Notes: generated by a model from the sequence alone, not told the origin. A DNA stretch of 64,000 bases from an uncultured Candidatus Binatia bacterium (GCA_965214605.1 OZ243961.1:992001-1056000); one strand, 5' to 3'; shown: positions 47,678 to 57,800, counted from the first letter of the stretch. Made by a program: numbers and translations.

Positions 47678-48694
47678 CTAGCGCAGTGCCACTGCGGGAT
47701 CTTCAAGACGGGGCAGCTCAAACCATACCGCGCTGCACACCGCTGTCTCCTCTTCGTCCAGATTCAGATCAACTGCAGGCAGCGATTGCTGTAGTTGTTC
47801 GGGCGAGGTTGCCCCGACAATCGGTGCCGTAATCCCAGTCTGAGCCAAGACCCAGGCAATAGCGACCTGGGCCAGGGGCTTGTTGCGGGCCGAGAAGAAT
47901 TCGTGGAGGTAGGCTACCGCGGCAAACTGCGTTTCCCGCCAGTAGCGCTTCTTGTAGACCCTGCCGGCCCGTCCCTCCAGCGCGAAACGCGTATTGGCCG
48001 GGGGAGGGTGGTCGGCCTGGCTGCCCAGGTGCTTACCGGTCAGAAATCCACCGGCCAACGGGTTATACGGGATAACGCCAACGCCCTGATCACGACACAA
48101 CGGCAGGAGTTCATGCTCGATTTCTCGAAATAGAATGTTATAGCGCGGCTGAACGCAGTCAAAACGGGCCAGACCGTATTTGTCGCTGGTCCACAAGGCC
48201 TTTGCCAGTACCCAGGCCTGGAAATTCGAACAGCCTATGTAGCGGACCTTGCCCTGTCGAACTACATCGTCGAGCGCGGCTAAAGTCTCGTCGAGCGGAG
48301 TGTCAAAATCCGGCGCGTGCACCTGGTAGAGATCAATGTAGTCGGTTTGGAGCCGCCGTAAACTCTCGTCTATGGCAGCCAAGATATGTTTACGGGACAA
48401 TCCGCGATCGTTCGGATACGGCCCCATTGCACCCCAGCACTTGGTGGCGAGGACAATCTGCTGGCGTCTGCCCTTGAGCCATTTCCCAACAATTTCTTCT
48501 GTCCGGCCGACCGTTGAGATATCTCCGCCGACAGGATAAACGTCCGCGGTGTCAAGAAAATCGACCCCGGCCTCAAGCGCGGTATCCATGATGGCAAAGC
48601 TCAGCGCTTCATCGCACTGGCCTCCGAAGGTCATTGTCCCGAGACAGATCTCCGACACTTTGAGTCCGGTTCGGCCCAGGCGAGACGTTTTCAT
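47678..48694 (-). CDS. Aldo/keto reductase
   Basis: LGRTGLKVSEICLGTMTFG, DTADVY, ATK, SLRRLQTDYIDLYQVH and PYNPLAGGFLTGK motifs. Start moved to 48694. Confidence 0.96.
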   Translation of the reverse strand: MKTSRLGRTGLKVSEICLGTMTFGGQCDEALSFAIMDTALEAGVDFLDTADVYPVGGDISTVGRTEEIVGKWLKGRRQQIVLATKCWGAMGPYPNDRGLSRKHILAAIDESLRRLQTDYIDLYQVHAPDFDTPLDETLAALDDVVRQGKVRYIGCSNFQAWVLAKALWTSDKYGLARFDCVQPRYNILFREIEHELLPLCRDQGVGVIPYNPLAGGFLTGKHLGSQADHPPPANTRFALEGRAGRVYKKRYWRETQFAAVAYLHEFFSARNKPLAQVAIAWVLAQTGITAPIVGATSPEQLQQSLPAVDLNLDEEETAVCSAVWFELPRLEDPAVALR

Positions 48695-48812
48695 AGCTCT
48701 TCCTCCGTTGCAAAAAGGTGCTATGTTAGGAAGATAGCACGAGAGGGTATACTGCCTCAAAAGAGGGCGGTGTCAATGCGTAGGCGCAACGTAACCCACA
48801 GGGAGGAAGGGC

Positions 48813-50270
48813 ATGCCACACAAAGTAAAAGAATCGACCAAGGTTATTCCGCTCCGACCCCGCTCTATTACAGCGACAACACCCATCGATAGCAAACAAG
48901 CCAAAGCCTTGCAGCAGCAGGACAAGGCCCATCTGGTGCACGGCTTTGTGCCGCTACGCATGCATCAAGACCATGGCATGCCCATCTTTGTCAGAGGTGA
49001 GGGCGTCTATCTCTGGGATACGGACGGGAAACGATATCTTGACGGGCTGGCCTCGCTCTGGAACGTGCATGTCGGCCATGGTCGCAAGGAAATCACCCGC
49101 GCTGTTGCCACTCAGATGGATCAACTTGCCTTTGCCCCAACCCTCATCGGCCCAACCTCAGCCCCGACCGTTGAACTCGCTACCAAGCTGACCAAAATCG
49201 GGCCAAAAGGCCTGCAGCGGGTCATTTTTACCTCGGGCGGCTCCGAATCGAACGAGACTATGATCCGGCTCGTTCGGGCCTATTGGAAGGCCAAGGGCAA
49301 GCCGCAGAAGACCAAATTCATTACGCTCAACCAGGGCTACCACGGCACCTCCAGCGGAGCGGCTAGCCTAACCGGCATTTCGCTGTTCAATGACCAGGTG
49401 GATCCAGGTCTGCCCGGAGTCATCCACATGGCCCGGCCCTACTGCTACCGCTGTGAGTTGGGGAAGACCTACCCTGCCTGTCAGGTGGACTGCGCCGATG
49501 AACTGGAACGGATCATCAAACGCGAAGGAGCCGGAACGATCGGCGCGTTTGTGGCCGAACCGATCCAGGGTGTGGGCGGGGTGATTGTTCCGCCCAAGGA
49601 GTGGCTGCCCAAAATTCGCGAGCTCTGCACGCAGCATAATATTCTGCTGGTCTGTGACGAGGTCATCACCGGATTTGGGCGGACCGGAACCATGTTTGCC
49701 TCGGCCAGCGTCGGCCCCGATATCCTGGTCTCGGCCAAAGGTATTACTAGCGGCTATTTACCGCTCGGAGTAGTGCTGTTCAAGGAAGAGATGTTCCAGA
49801 CCTTTCTGAAGGCCGGCGACCAGGCCTTCTGGCACGGCTACACCTATACCGGCCACCCCACAGTCTGTGCGGCCGGACTGGCCAATCTTGAGATCATCGA
49901 ACGCGAGAAACTGGTGCAGAAAGCCCGCGAGCAGGGCCGCTATCTGCAAAAGGCGCTGGCCACGCTCAAGGATTTACCAATTGTCGGTGATGTCCGCGGC
50001 AAGGGGCTAGTGGCGGCCATTGAGCTAGTCAAAGACAAACGGACCAAAGAGATGTTTTCCGCCAAGACCAAGGTTGTGACTCGGGTTTGGGAACGAGCAC
50101 TCCAGAGCGGTTTGCTTACCCGAATGGGCGGGACCAACATTATCGCCCTCTGTCCCCCTCTGATTATAAGCAAAGAGCAAATCGATGAGATGGTCACGAC
50201 CCTGCGGGAGACCCTGGTGAGCGTTTCTGAGGAACTCGGCGACCACTGGAAGCTGGCCAGTGGGAAGTAG
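48813..50270 (+). CDS. Class III (omega-amine/polyamine-type) PLP aminotransferase
   Basis: GEGVYLWDTDGKRYLDG, SGGSESNE, YHG, EPIQG, DEVITGFGRTG, AKGITSGY (PLP Lys) and HGYTYTGHP motifs. Confidence 0.94.
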   Translation: MPHKVKESTKVIPLRPRSITATTPIDSKQAKALQQQDKAHLVHGFVPLRMHQDHGMPIFVRGEGVYLWDTDGKRYLDGLASLWNVHVGHGRKEITRAVATQMDQLAFAPTLIGPTSAPTVELATKLTKIGPKGLQRVIFTSGGSESNETMIRLVRAYWKAKGKPQKTKFITLNQGYHGTSSGAASLTGISLFNDQVDPGLPGVIHMARPYCYRCELGKTYPACQVDCADELERIIKREGAGTIGAFVAEPIQGVGGVIVPPKEWLPKIRELCTQHNILLVCDEVITGFGRTGTMFASASVGPDILVSAKGITSGYLPLGVVLFKEEMFQTFLKAGDQAFWHGYTYTGHPTVCAAGLANLEIIEREKLVQKAREQGRYLQKALATLKDLPIVGDVRGKGLVAAIELVKDKRTKEMFSAKTKVVTRVWERALQSGLLTRMGGTNIIALCPPLIISKEQIDEMVTTLRETLVSVSEELGDHWKLASGK

Positions 50271-50302
50271 TGGCCATGCCAAGTCTCCTCGCCACCCCTC
50301 AT

Positions 50303-50338
50303 ACCGCTAGCGCCAACACACCCGTTGGCGCTAGCGGT
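50303..50338. terminator. Perfect 15-bp stem-loop between convergent genes
   Basis: ACCGCTAGCGCCAAC-ACACCC-GTTGGCGCTAGCGGT between the stops at 50270 and 50350. No clear U-tract. Confidence 0.6.
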
Positions 50339-50349
50339 CCCTGGCTGTC

Positions 50350-51231
50350 TTACTTTACGTACTTGTCTAAAAACGCGCTGGCCCGGCGATAACCCTCGGC
50401 ATAGGCGGCCAACGGCGGAAGCTGAAAAAACGCGTGCGGCGCCCCATCAAGAATATGGAGGTCGTGTTCCACTCCGGCCGCCGCCAGTTTTTTGGCCAAG
50501 GCTTGTGACTCCGCCAACAGCGGATCCTTTGTCCCAACCGCAATATAACATGGTGGAAACGTGTCGCACGCATACAGCGGACTGACCCGATGATCTTCGC
50601 GGAGCGCCTCGTACTCTTCAACCTCCAGATAAAACTGCTGCTTGGGCTGCGGCGTGCCCAGGGTGGCTAGCGTCGCATGATAATCAAACACCCCGTACAG
50701 TAACAGACCGGCTTTGATGGCTGGTCCGCGGTTCCGACCGCGCTCTGCCAGGACAGCGCCGGCCAGATTGCCCCCAGCTGAGTCTCCACCTACGGCCAGA
50801 CGTTGGGCGTCTCCTCCGTACGCGGCCGCGTTCTCGACCGCCCACTGAGTGGCAAACCAACAGTCCTCAAACGCGGCTGGAAAACGGTGCTTGGGAGCGC
50901 GGCGATAGTCGACGTTGACGGTGAGATAGCCAGCTGCGGCAAACTCTCGGCCGAGGCGGAGGTGCGTCTTAGGACTGCCCATGGTCCAACCCCCACCATG
51001 AAAGTAGACCAAGACCGGATGCGGTCCCGGGCCGTTGGGCACACTGATATCTGCGCTCAAACGCCAGCCGGCCACCTCTCTGAGTCGTACATCGTCATGC
51101 ACGGCCCCGACTGGGGGAGGATTCCCATTCATCAAGTCATTATATGTAATTAACAGCTCGGCCGGATTGACCCCTTTAGGCGGCTTGAGTGTTTCCATGA
51201 AGGTGAGCAGATCGTCTGGGATCTGAGTCAT
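50350..51231 (-). CDS. Alpha/beta hydrolase, HSL-family esterase
   Basis: HGGGW, DYRRAPKHRFP, GDSAGG, DPL and H(AF) triad. AAGGAGG RBS before ATG 51231. Confidence 0.93.
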   Translation of the reverse strand: MTQIPDDLLTFMETLKPPKGVNPAELLITYNDLMNGNPPPVGAVHDDVRLREVAGWRLSADISVPNGPGPHPVLVYFHGGGWTMGSPKTHLRLGREFAAAGYLTVNVDYRRAPKHRFPAAFEDCWFATQWAVENAAAYGGDAQRLAVGGDSAGGNLAGAVLAERGRNRGPAIKAGLLLYGVFDYHATLATLGTPQPKQQFYLEVEEYEALREDHRVSPLYACDTFPPCYIAVGTKDPLLAESQALAKKLAAAGVEHDLHILDGAPHAFFQLPPLAAYAEGYRRASAFLDKYVK

Positions 51232-51380
51232 CGTTTTCCTCCTTAAGTGTACGATGTGGGAGCAGATTGTAGCCGGAGGGCGGTCGGTCCGGCAAGCAGC
51301 CGTTAGCCATGTGTCAGCCCTTTGCAAGGTTGGGCGGCTATGGTAGATCACAGCTGAACACTCGTTCCTGAGGAGGCGCA

Positions 51381-52613
51381 ATGAAATTCTGGATGTTCCA
51401 TTTAATGCCCTGGCCCCATCTCCCGGACAACTTTGCAGACACCTACGACACGGCCTGGGTAACCTGCTCAAACGGTCTGTTTGACCCCGAGCGCGGCCCA
51501 CAGGTGTACCATCAGTATATAGACCAGCTGGTCTATGCAGACGAACTCGGCTTTGATGGGGTCGTGATCAACGAACATCATCAGAATGCCTACGGCATTA
51601 TGCCCTCGCCCAATCTGATTGCCGCAGCCTTGTCCCAGCGGATTCAGAACGCTCGGGTGATGGTCCTGGGCAACGGTCTGCCGCTGTATGATGTGCCGCT
51701 CAAAGTCGCCGAAGAATTTGCCATGCTGGATAATATGTTTCGGGGTCGGTTTGACGCCGGTTTCGTGGTTGGTGGCGGTCCAGAGTACTACTCTTACAAT
51801 ATTAACCCAACCTATGCGCGAGAGCGTTTTCGGGAAGCTACCGATCTGATTGTCAAAGCCTGGACCGATCCAGGACCGTTCAACTGGGACGGCAAACATT
51901 TTCAGTTTCAGTACTGTAACGTCTGGCCCCGTCCGGTCCAACAACCCCATCCACCCATCTGGATTCCCGGCGTGGGCAGTGTGGAAACTATGGAGCTGGT
52001 CGCTGAGCGCGGTTTCACCTACGCCGCCCTGACCTATTCCCACGTTGAGTCGTTCCGCCAGAACGCCGCCTTCTTCCAGCAGACGGTTGAGCGGGTCGGC
52101 AGCAATCCTTACCATCCGGAAATGCTGGGCTGGCTGGTGCCGCTGTATGTGGCTGAGACAGAACGGAAGGCGCGCGAGGAGGCCGAGGAGCATCTCTGGT
52201 ATTTTATTGACAAACTGCTCAAGGGTTTTGCCGGCAAGGGCCGGACGTGGATGCCGCCGGGCTATACCTCGCTCAAATCTCTGGAGCGGCTGCAAAAGCT
52301 GAACGACCCCGGTAGCGGTTATGCCCGCTGGCAACTCGGCCACGCCAACACCTGGGACGATATCGAGGCCGGCGGCTCGGTCCTTATCGGTAGCCCGGAA
52401 ACAGTGCGCGACAAACTGCTGCGCTATGTACTCGAGTTCAAGGTCGGCAATATTCTTGCCCTACCACAGTTCGGCAGCCTGCCCGATCATCTCACCCGTA
52501 AAAATATGGAATTCCTAGCCAACGACGTCTTTCCCTACGTCCGCAAACACGCCGATGCCACCTTTGCCGCACTGCCCGGAGGCGACGATCAAGGGGCCGA
52601 ATCCCACGCCTAA
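51381..52613 (+). CDS. LLM class flavin-dependent monooxygenase
   Basis: ADELGFDGVVINEHHQ, MPSPNL, VAEEFAMLD, WPRPVQQPHPPIW and GSPETV motifs. Confidence 0.92.
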   Translation: MKFWMFHLMPWPHLPDNFADTYDTAWVTCSNGLFDPERGPQVYHQYIDQLVYADELGFDGVVINEHHQNAYGIMPSPNLIAAALSQRIQNARVMVLGNGLPLYDVPLKVAEEFAMLDNMFRGRFDAGFVVGGGPEYYSYNINPTYARERFREATDLIVKAWTDPGPFNWDGKHFQFQYCNVWPRPVQQPHPPIWIPGVGSVETMELVAERGFTYAALTYSHVESFRQNAAFFQQTVERVGSNPYHPEMLGWLVPLYVAETERKAREEAEEHLWYFIDKLLKGFAGKGRTWMPPGYTSLKSLERLQKLNDPGSGYARWQLGHANTWDDIEAGGSVLIGSPETVRDKLLRYVLEFKVGNILALPQFGSLPDHLTRKNMEFLANDVFPYVRKHADATFAALPGGDDQGAESHA

Positions 52614-52680
52614 TCGGGGCAGGTGGACTCTACAGCCTATCCCGTTCTTCGCCCTTACCCACAACAGGAAAGACGTAATT

Positions 52681-53505
52681 ATGGCTCTGACAACCGAAAC
52701 ACTTAGGGTGCGTGGTACTACGATTCAGCTCTTACGAGGCGGCAGCGGGGTGCCGCTGATGTATCTCCACGGTGTAGTTGCCGATATTCATAGCCTGCCC
52801 GAACCTGCCGGCTTCACCGCCTTCCACGAAGCCTTGGCCTCCTCGTTCACCGTATACGCACCAGCCCTGCCCGGCTATGCGGACAGCGAAGGGTTTGACG
52901 AGCTTGATAGCATAGAGGACGCGGTCTTTTTCTGTCTCGACGTGCTCGATGCACTAGAGCTCGACACGGTCAATCTGGTCGGAGCGTCCTTGGGCGGCTG
53001 GGTCGCCGCCGAATTTGCCACCCGCTATTCGCACCGCCTGCGCAAGCTGGTGCTAATCAATCCGCTCGGGGTGTCTACGCCCGAGGCTCGGATCGGCAAT
53101 TTCTTTTACGCTGTCACACCAAAAGCTGAGGGCGGTCAGCACGAGGTGCGCGCATTGATCTTTCAGGAGCCAGATTCCGAATTAGCGCTGGGAGCCGTCC
53201 CCGACGAAATGTCTCCGGTGGCGAACCTCTTATTTTACAAAGCCCAAATAGTCGCCGCCAGACTTGGCTGGAAACCACCTTTTCTGTACAACCCACGTCT
53301 CAAACAGCGACTATTTCGGATCGTCGCACCAACCCAGATTATTTGGGCTGAGCAAGACCAGCTCGCCCCACCCGCCCTTGGCGAGCTTTTTCAGAGCGCG
53401 ATTGTCGGGGCTCAGCTAGTCACAATTCCGGGTTCGGGGCACGGCCTGCTGCTCGAACAGCCATACCGAGTGGCCGACATCGTAAGCCAATTTTTGACCC
53501 CCTAA
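52681..53505 (+). CDS. Alpha/beta fold hydrolase
   Basis: GSGVPLMYLHG, PGYADS, GASLGGWVAAE, WAEQD and GHGLLLEQP motifs. Start moved to 52681. Confidence 0.9.
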   Translation: MALTTETLRVRGTTIQLLRGGSGVPLMYLHGVVADIHSLPEPAGFTAFHEALASSFTVYAPALPGYADSEGFDELDSIEDAVFFCLDVLDALELDTVNLVGASLGGWVAAEFATRYSHRLRKLVLINPLGVSTPEARIGNFFYAVTPKAEGGQHEVRALIFQEPDSELALGAVPDEMSPVANLLFYKAQIVAARLGWKPPFLYNPRLKQRLFRIVAPTQIIWAEQDQLAPPALGELFQSAIVGAQLVTIPGSGHGLLLEQPYRVADIVSQFLTP

Positions 53506-54689
53506 GCGTAGGGTTCCAGACCGCCCGAGGTCCGGAGGCTAGGCCATACAGAGTAGCAAGTGCGGAACCACCGAGCTGTGAAGAGGGGGACACGCGACTT
53601 GGCTTGGTATGGTCCGAGCTGCGGTAGCCGAGTGTCGGGCGGGAAAAAGGGGGGGAGTACCTGTGGGATGTTCCTCAGCCGCATTTCTCCGGCCCAGCCC
53701 GCCCTCCTACACCTGCCTCTCTCTCGGGAGCGGCCCGCCACCGATTGACTATCCCCCGGGCCCATCTAGCCGATCGGATTCTGTCGAGCCGCCCAACGCT
53801 TGAGAGCGAGCGCGAGAGTGTGTGACCCTGTGCTGTCTCAGCAGAGGGTCGATGGACGTTACAGAGCGGCTCGCCCCCGGAGAGGCAAAATGGCTGCCCG
53901 CCCCGCGTTTGCAGCTCATGATGCAGACCATCCACCGCTTTGTGAGGAACGATGAACCATATCCTTGGCGACGGCAATATGGCCTTGTTTGCAGTGGCCA
54001 GCTAACACCTTCGGTATTTTCCCCAAGTCCTTTCCCACTGGAATCTAGCCCCGTTACACGCCGTGCGGAGTGAGACAAGTCTGGCTCGACATAAAGCCAA
54101 GGCAGGCCTGACCCAGATGCAGGAATCCGCGCTCTCACCTCACTGCTCATAGCTCCAACGCTACGACTACGCGAAACATGGCCGGCCTCGGCTCCGCCCA
54201 TCACTCGTCTGGCCAAAACCTGGCAACAGAAAAACGTGCATTACTCGGTATGCTGAGGCGCTGTGGGAGCTGAGCTACGAGCTCCAAGTTACCACCACCG
54301 TAGCAGCTCAGGCCGAGAACAGTCACCGCTACTGGTCTGCCTCCCTCGCCCATCGCATTCTGGCTCAGCTTGAGCCTGTGGAGCAGTCGGCCCCGCCCAA
54401 GCTCAGTTGGCGCGCTAGAATACACCGGGCAGACACGCAGCCTCCCCTTCTAAACGCGGCGCGCTCTGGCGCTGTGGGAGTTCTTGTTAGGCAACTCTCC
54501 GACACAGGCCCAAGCACGGGTGTACCTGAGCCGCAGACCCGCGCGTCCCTCTTGACCTACAGACCGACGACCCATGGGGACACACCCTTCTCGCCCAACT
54601 GCTTGAGCTTCGTCTCCCCCCTTTTGGACCAACGCGCCCGGTTGTGATAGAAAGCGTGAGTAGAGAATTCCTAACCAGGAGAGAGAAAA

Positions 54690-55688
54690 ATGGAAAGTAC
54701 CGGTATTACGCTCACCCGTTATCTGTTAATGCAGCAGCGCGAGCACCCGGGCGCAACCGGAGAATTCTCAATGCTGCTGTCGCAAATTGCCTTTGCGGCA
54801 AAAACCATCGCCCGAGAGCTCGGCCGGGCCAGCCTAGCAGATGTTTTGGGGGCCTCTGGGAAGATCAACATCCAAGGTGAGGTCCAACAAAAGCTTGACC
54901 AGATCAGCAACGATGCCTTTCTGGCCGCCTTTGCCAACGGCCAGCTCGTTTCCGAAGTCGTGTCCGAGGAAATGGAACAGCCGGCCCCTATTCAGGGCAA
55001 CGAAGAAAAGGGCCAATACGTTATTTTCGTCGACCCCCTCGACGGCTCGTCGAATCTAGATGTCAACGTGACTGTCGGCTCTATCTTTTCGGTCCATCGT
55101 CGCCCACAGGGAAAAAAAGGCGCTGATCTTATTGAAGCGCTTCATTTACGCGGTCGGAGCCAGGTGGCGGCTGGCTATGCCTTGTACGGCCCCAGCACAA
55201 CGCTCGTCTACACCACCGGCCAGGGAGTGCACGGCTTCACGCTGGACCGAGGCATTGGCGACTTTCTGCTGTCTCACGAAAATGTTCGTATTCCGGAACG
55301 CGGTACGACCTACAGCATTAACGAGGGACGTCGCAACACCTGGTTCCCTCAGACCCGTGCCTATATCGACTACCTGCAAGAGAGCGATAGCGACACCAAG
55401 CGGCCTTACTCGGGCCGCTATATCGGATCCCTGGTCGCCGACTTTCATCGTACTCTGCTCAAAGGCGGAATCTTCCTGTACCCGGCCGACCCCAAGAACA
55501 CCAAGGGCAAACTCCGGCTTATGTATGAGGCCGCTCCGCTCGGGTTTGTCGCCGAACAGGCGGGTGGTCGGGCCAGTGATGGTACCCGAGACATCCGCGA
55601 CATCGTCCCCGAGAGCCTCCATCAACGGACTCCGCTGCTCATCGGCAGTAGCCAGGACGTTCAGACAGCGGAGTCGTTTTACAAGTGA
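54690..55688 (+). CDS. fbp: Class I fructose-1,6-bisphosphatase
   Basis: QGEVQQKLD, SEE, DPLDGSSN, YSINEG, RYIGSLVADFHR and GKLRLMYEAAP motifs. Confidence 0.97.
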   Translation: MESTGITLTRYLLMQQREHPGATGEFSMLLSQIAFAAKTIARELGRASLADVLGASGKINIQGEVQQKLDQISNDAFLAAFANGQLVSEVVSEEMEQPAPIQGNEEKGQYVIFVDPLDGSSNLDVNVTVGSIFSVHRRPQGKKGADLIEALHLRGRSQVAAGYALYGPSTTLVYTTGQGVHGFTLDRGIGDFLLSHENVRIPERGTTYSINEGRRNTWFPQTRAYIDYLQESDSDTKRPYSGRYIGSLVADFHRTLLKGGIFLYPADPKNTKGKLRLMYEAAPLGFVAEQAGGRASDGTRDIRDIVPESLHQRTPLLIGSSQDVQTAESFYK

Positions 55689-55826
55689 GTCAGAGAGCAA
55701 AAGTCGCGCCCCAAAAGACGGGCACTCGATTTTTTCATGGAAGCACTTAGAGTATGGGACAAACACTGCGCGCAGCTCCCCACAGAAGCAGGACGCTCAG
55801 CGAGGGGAGATAAGGGAGGTAGTTGT

Positions 55827-56750
55827 ATGACCGAACGTGTTCGTGAGATTCTCAGTTGGTATGAGGGCGACAATCCAGGCACCCGCACCAATATTGCCCG
55901 CCTGCTCAACAGTGGCCGCTTGGCGGGGACCGGTCGCCTGGTCATCCTGCCAGTCGACCAGGGCTTTGAACATGGTCCGGCACGCAGCTTTGCCCCAAAT
56001 CCATCCGGCTATGATCCCGACTACCATTTTCAGTTAGCGCTCGACGCCGGCTGTAACGCCTACGCCGCACCGTTGGGATTTATCGAAGCCGGAGCTGATA
56101 GATTTCTGGACCGGATTCCAACCATTCTCAAGCTCAACAACCATGACGTGCTACACGACGAAAAAGATCCCTTGTCGGCCGTGACAAGCAGTGTCGATGA
56201 CGCTTTGCGGCTAGGTTGTGCTGCGGTTGGTTTTACCATCTACCCCGGCTCGTCTGCGGCCCAAACCATGTACGAACAGCTGCGCGAGATCACTAAGGAG
56301 GCCAAATCCAAAGGGCTGGCCGTGGTGGTATGGTCTTATCCACGTGGCAGCGATCTGAGCAAAGCGGGCGAAACCGCCGTTGACGTCGTTGCCTACGCCG
56401 CCCAGATTGCGGCCCAGCTCGGAGCGCATATCATCAAGGTCAAACCGCCGTCGGCCCACATCGAACTCGCGGCGGCGCAAAAAGCCTACCAGAGATACCA
56501 CGTGCCGATTGACACCTTGGCCGACCGCATCCGCCATGTTGTCCAGAGCGCGTTTAATAGCAAACGAATTGTGATCTTCTCGGGCGGACCGGCCAAAGGA
56601 GACGAGGAATTCTTTAGCGAAGTCCGGGCCATTCGTGATGGCAGCGGGTTTGGTTCGATTATTGGGCGCAACTCCTTCCAACGCTCCAAAGAGGACGGAC
56701 TCAGGTTTCTCAACACGGTGATGAGTATTTACGAAGGCTCCCTAGAGTAG
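55827..56750 (+). CDS. fbaB: Class I fructose-bisphosphate aldolase (DhnA/FbaB type)
   Basis: ILPVDQGFEHGP, TIYPGS, WSYPRG, GAHIIKVK (Schiff-base Lys), FSGG and GSIIGRN motifs. GGGAGG RBS before ATG 55827. Confidence 0.93.
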   Translation: MTERVREILSWYEGDNPGTRTNIARLLNSGRLAGTGRLVILPVDQGFEHGPARSFAPNPSGYDPDYHFQLALDAGCNAYAAPLGFIEAGADRFLDRIPTILKLNNHDVLHDEKDPLSAVTSSVDDALRLGCAAVGFTIYPGSSAAQTMYEQLREITKEAKSKGLAVVVWSYPRGSDLSKAGETAVDVVAYAAQIAAQLGAHIIKVKPPSAHIELAAAQKAYQRYHVPIDTLADRIRHVVQSAFNSKRIVIFSGGPAKGDEEFFSEVRAIRDGSGFGSIIGRNSFQRSKEDGLRFLNTVMSIYEGSLE

Positions 56751-56799
56751 AGCGCTCGAGGCTCCAGGGTTTGCCTCCTGCTTGCCTAGAGCCTCCCCT

Positions 56800-57477
56800 T
56801 CAGCGCGTATCGGTATAAAACGTCTTCAGATAATTCGGCGATACGCCGACGAAATACAGGAAGCGCAGCACCCACATCAGCACGATGGTCCGGACAATGC
56901 CGTCCCGTTGCCACCGTCGGGCCGAAGTCACTATCCGCTCGCGTAGACACACCAGCTTACCCCACCGCTTGAGCCGATAGCTCAGCTCAAGATCTTCCAT
57001 CAGCTCGGTCTCACGATAGCCGCCTAGTTCCAGGAAGGTCTGACGGCGCACAAAAATAGCCTGATCGCCAGTCGCAATCCGTGATAGCCGTGAGCGGATA
57101 TTTATCAGCGTCTCAATCATCCGAAACGGCCAACCGGCGGCGTCAAGCCGGACATCAAAGCGGCCACCCACAACCCGAGGGTCATGCAGAGCGCGTTCGA
57201 GCAGAGTTGGAAAGCCGGGTGGTAAAATTGTATCGGCGTGCAGGAACAGCAACACCTGGCCACTTGCCGCCCGGGCCCCAACATTCATCTGTTTCGCCCG
57301 TCCCCGCCCGGCCGACAGTAGAAGGTCGGCCCGAGGCCGGGCTAGCTCCAGGGTGCCATCATCGCTTCCGCCATCAACCACGATCACTTCACAGCTGCCG
57401 CTGCGGCGCAGACGACACAGAATTTCGACGATCGTTGCAGCTTCATTCAGAGTAGGGATAATGACCGAGATGTTCAT
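56800..57477 (-). CDS. GT2 glycosyltransferase of the TIGR04283 type (rSAM/selenodomain-associated, arsenosugar-pathway-like)
   Basis: SVIIPTLNEA, VVDGGSDDGT, GRAKQMNVGA, LFLHADT, GDQAIF, LMED and TSARRW form the characteristic motif set. Confidence 0.88.
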   Translation of the reverse strand: MNISVIIPTLNEAATIVEILCRLRRSGSCEVIVVDGGSDDGTLELARPRADLLLSAGRGRAKQMNVGARAASGQVLLFLHADTILPPGFPTLLERALHDPRVVGGRFDVRLDAAGWPFRMIETLINIRSRLSRIATGDQAIFVRRQTFLELGGYRETELMEDLELSYRLKRWGKLVCLRERIVTSARRWQRDGIVRTIVLMWVLRFLYFVGVSPNYLKTFYTDTR

Positions 57478-57800
57478 CAGCCTCCCACTCGTAAAAAGGC
57501 GACGTTTAAGCCGTGCATAAAGGCTTTTTCTTGCTGCGGGCCGAGCGCCTGAAGACGGACGCGCAGTGAGGTTCGCTGGCGGACAGCCTTGAGCAAAGCC
57601 GGCCTGTCAGAGGACTCAATTGGTCGGACAATCAACTCAATCCGGCCCTGGTTATGTGGCAGCGTGGCGTGGAAGCGGGCCTCGGCGGCGGTTTCTTCTT
57701 GACAATACGCGACCTGTCTGGACACCAGCATTTTTTCCAGTCGAGTCACCACCTCGGTATATGCGAAGCCCAGATTCCATTCCATCGTTGTCTCGGCCAT
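57477..57800 (-). CDS. Small hypothetical protein ending in di-glycine (FLRVGG-stop)
   Basis: 107-108 aa ORF translationally coupled on both sides (ATGATG at 57798-57803; TGATG at 57475-57479). GGAGG upstream. Confidence 0.75.
   Translation of the reverse strand: MAETTMEWNLGFAYTEVVTRLEKMLVSRQVAYCQEETAAEARFHATLPHNQGRIELIVRPIESSDRPALLKAVRQRTSLRVRLQALGPQQEKAFMHGLNVAFLRVGG

Noticed and set aside
54690-56750. fbp-fbaB (with pgk) as evidence of a Calvin cycle
   Set aside because: No RuBisCO, phosphoribulokinase or transketolase genes in the window. Gluconeogenesis is a sufficient explanation.
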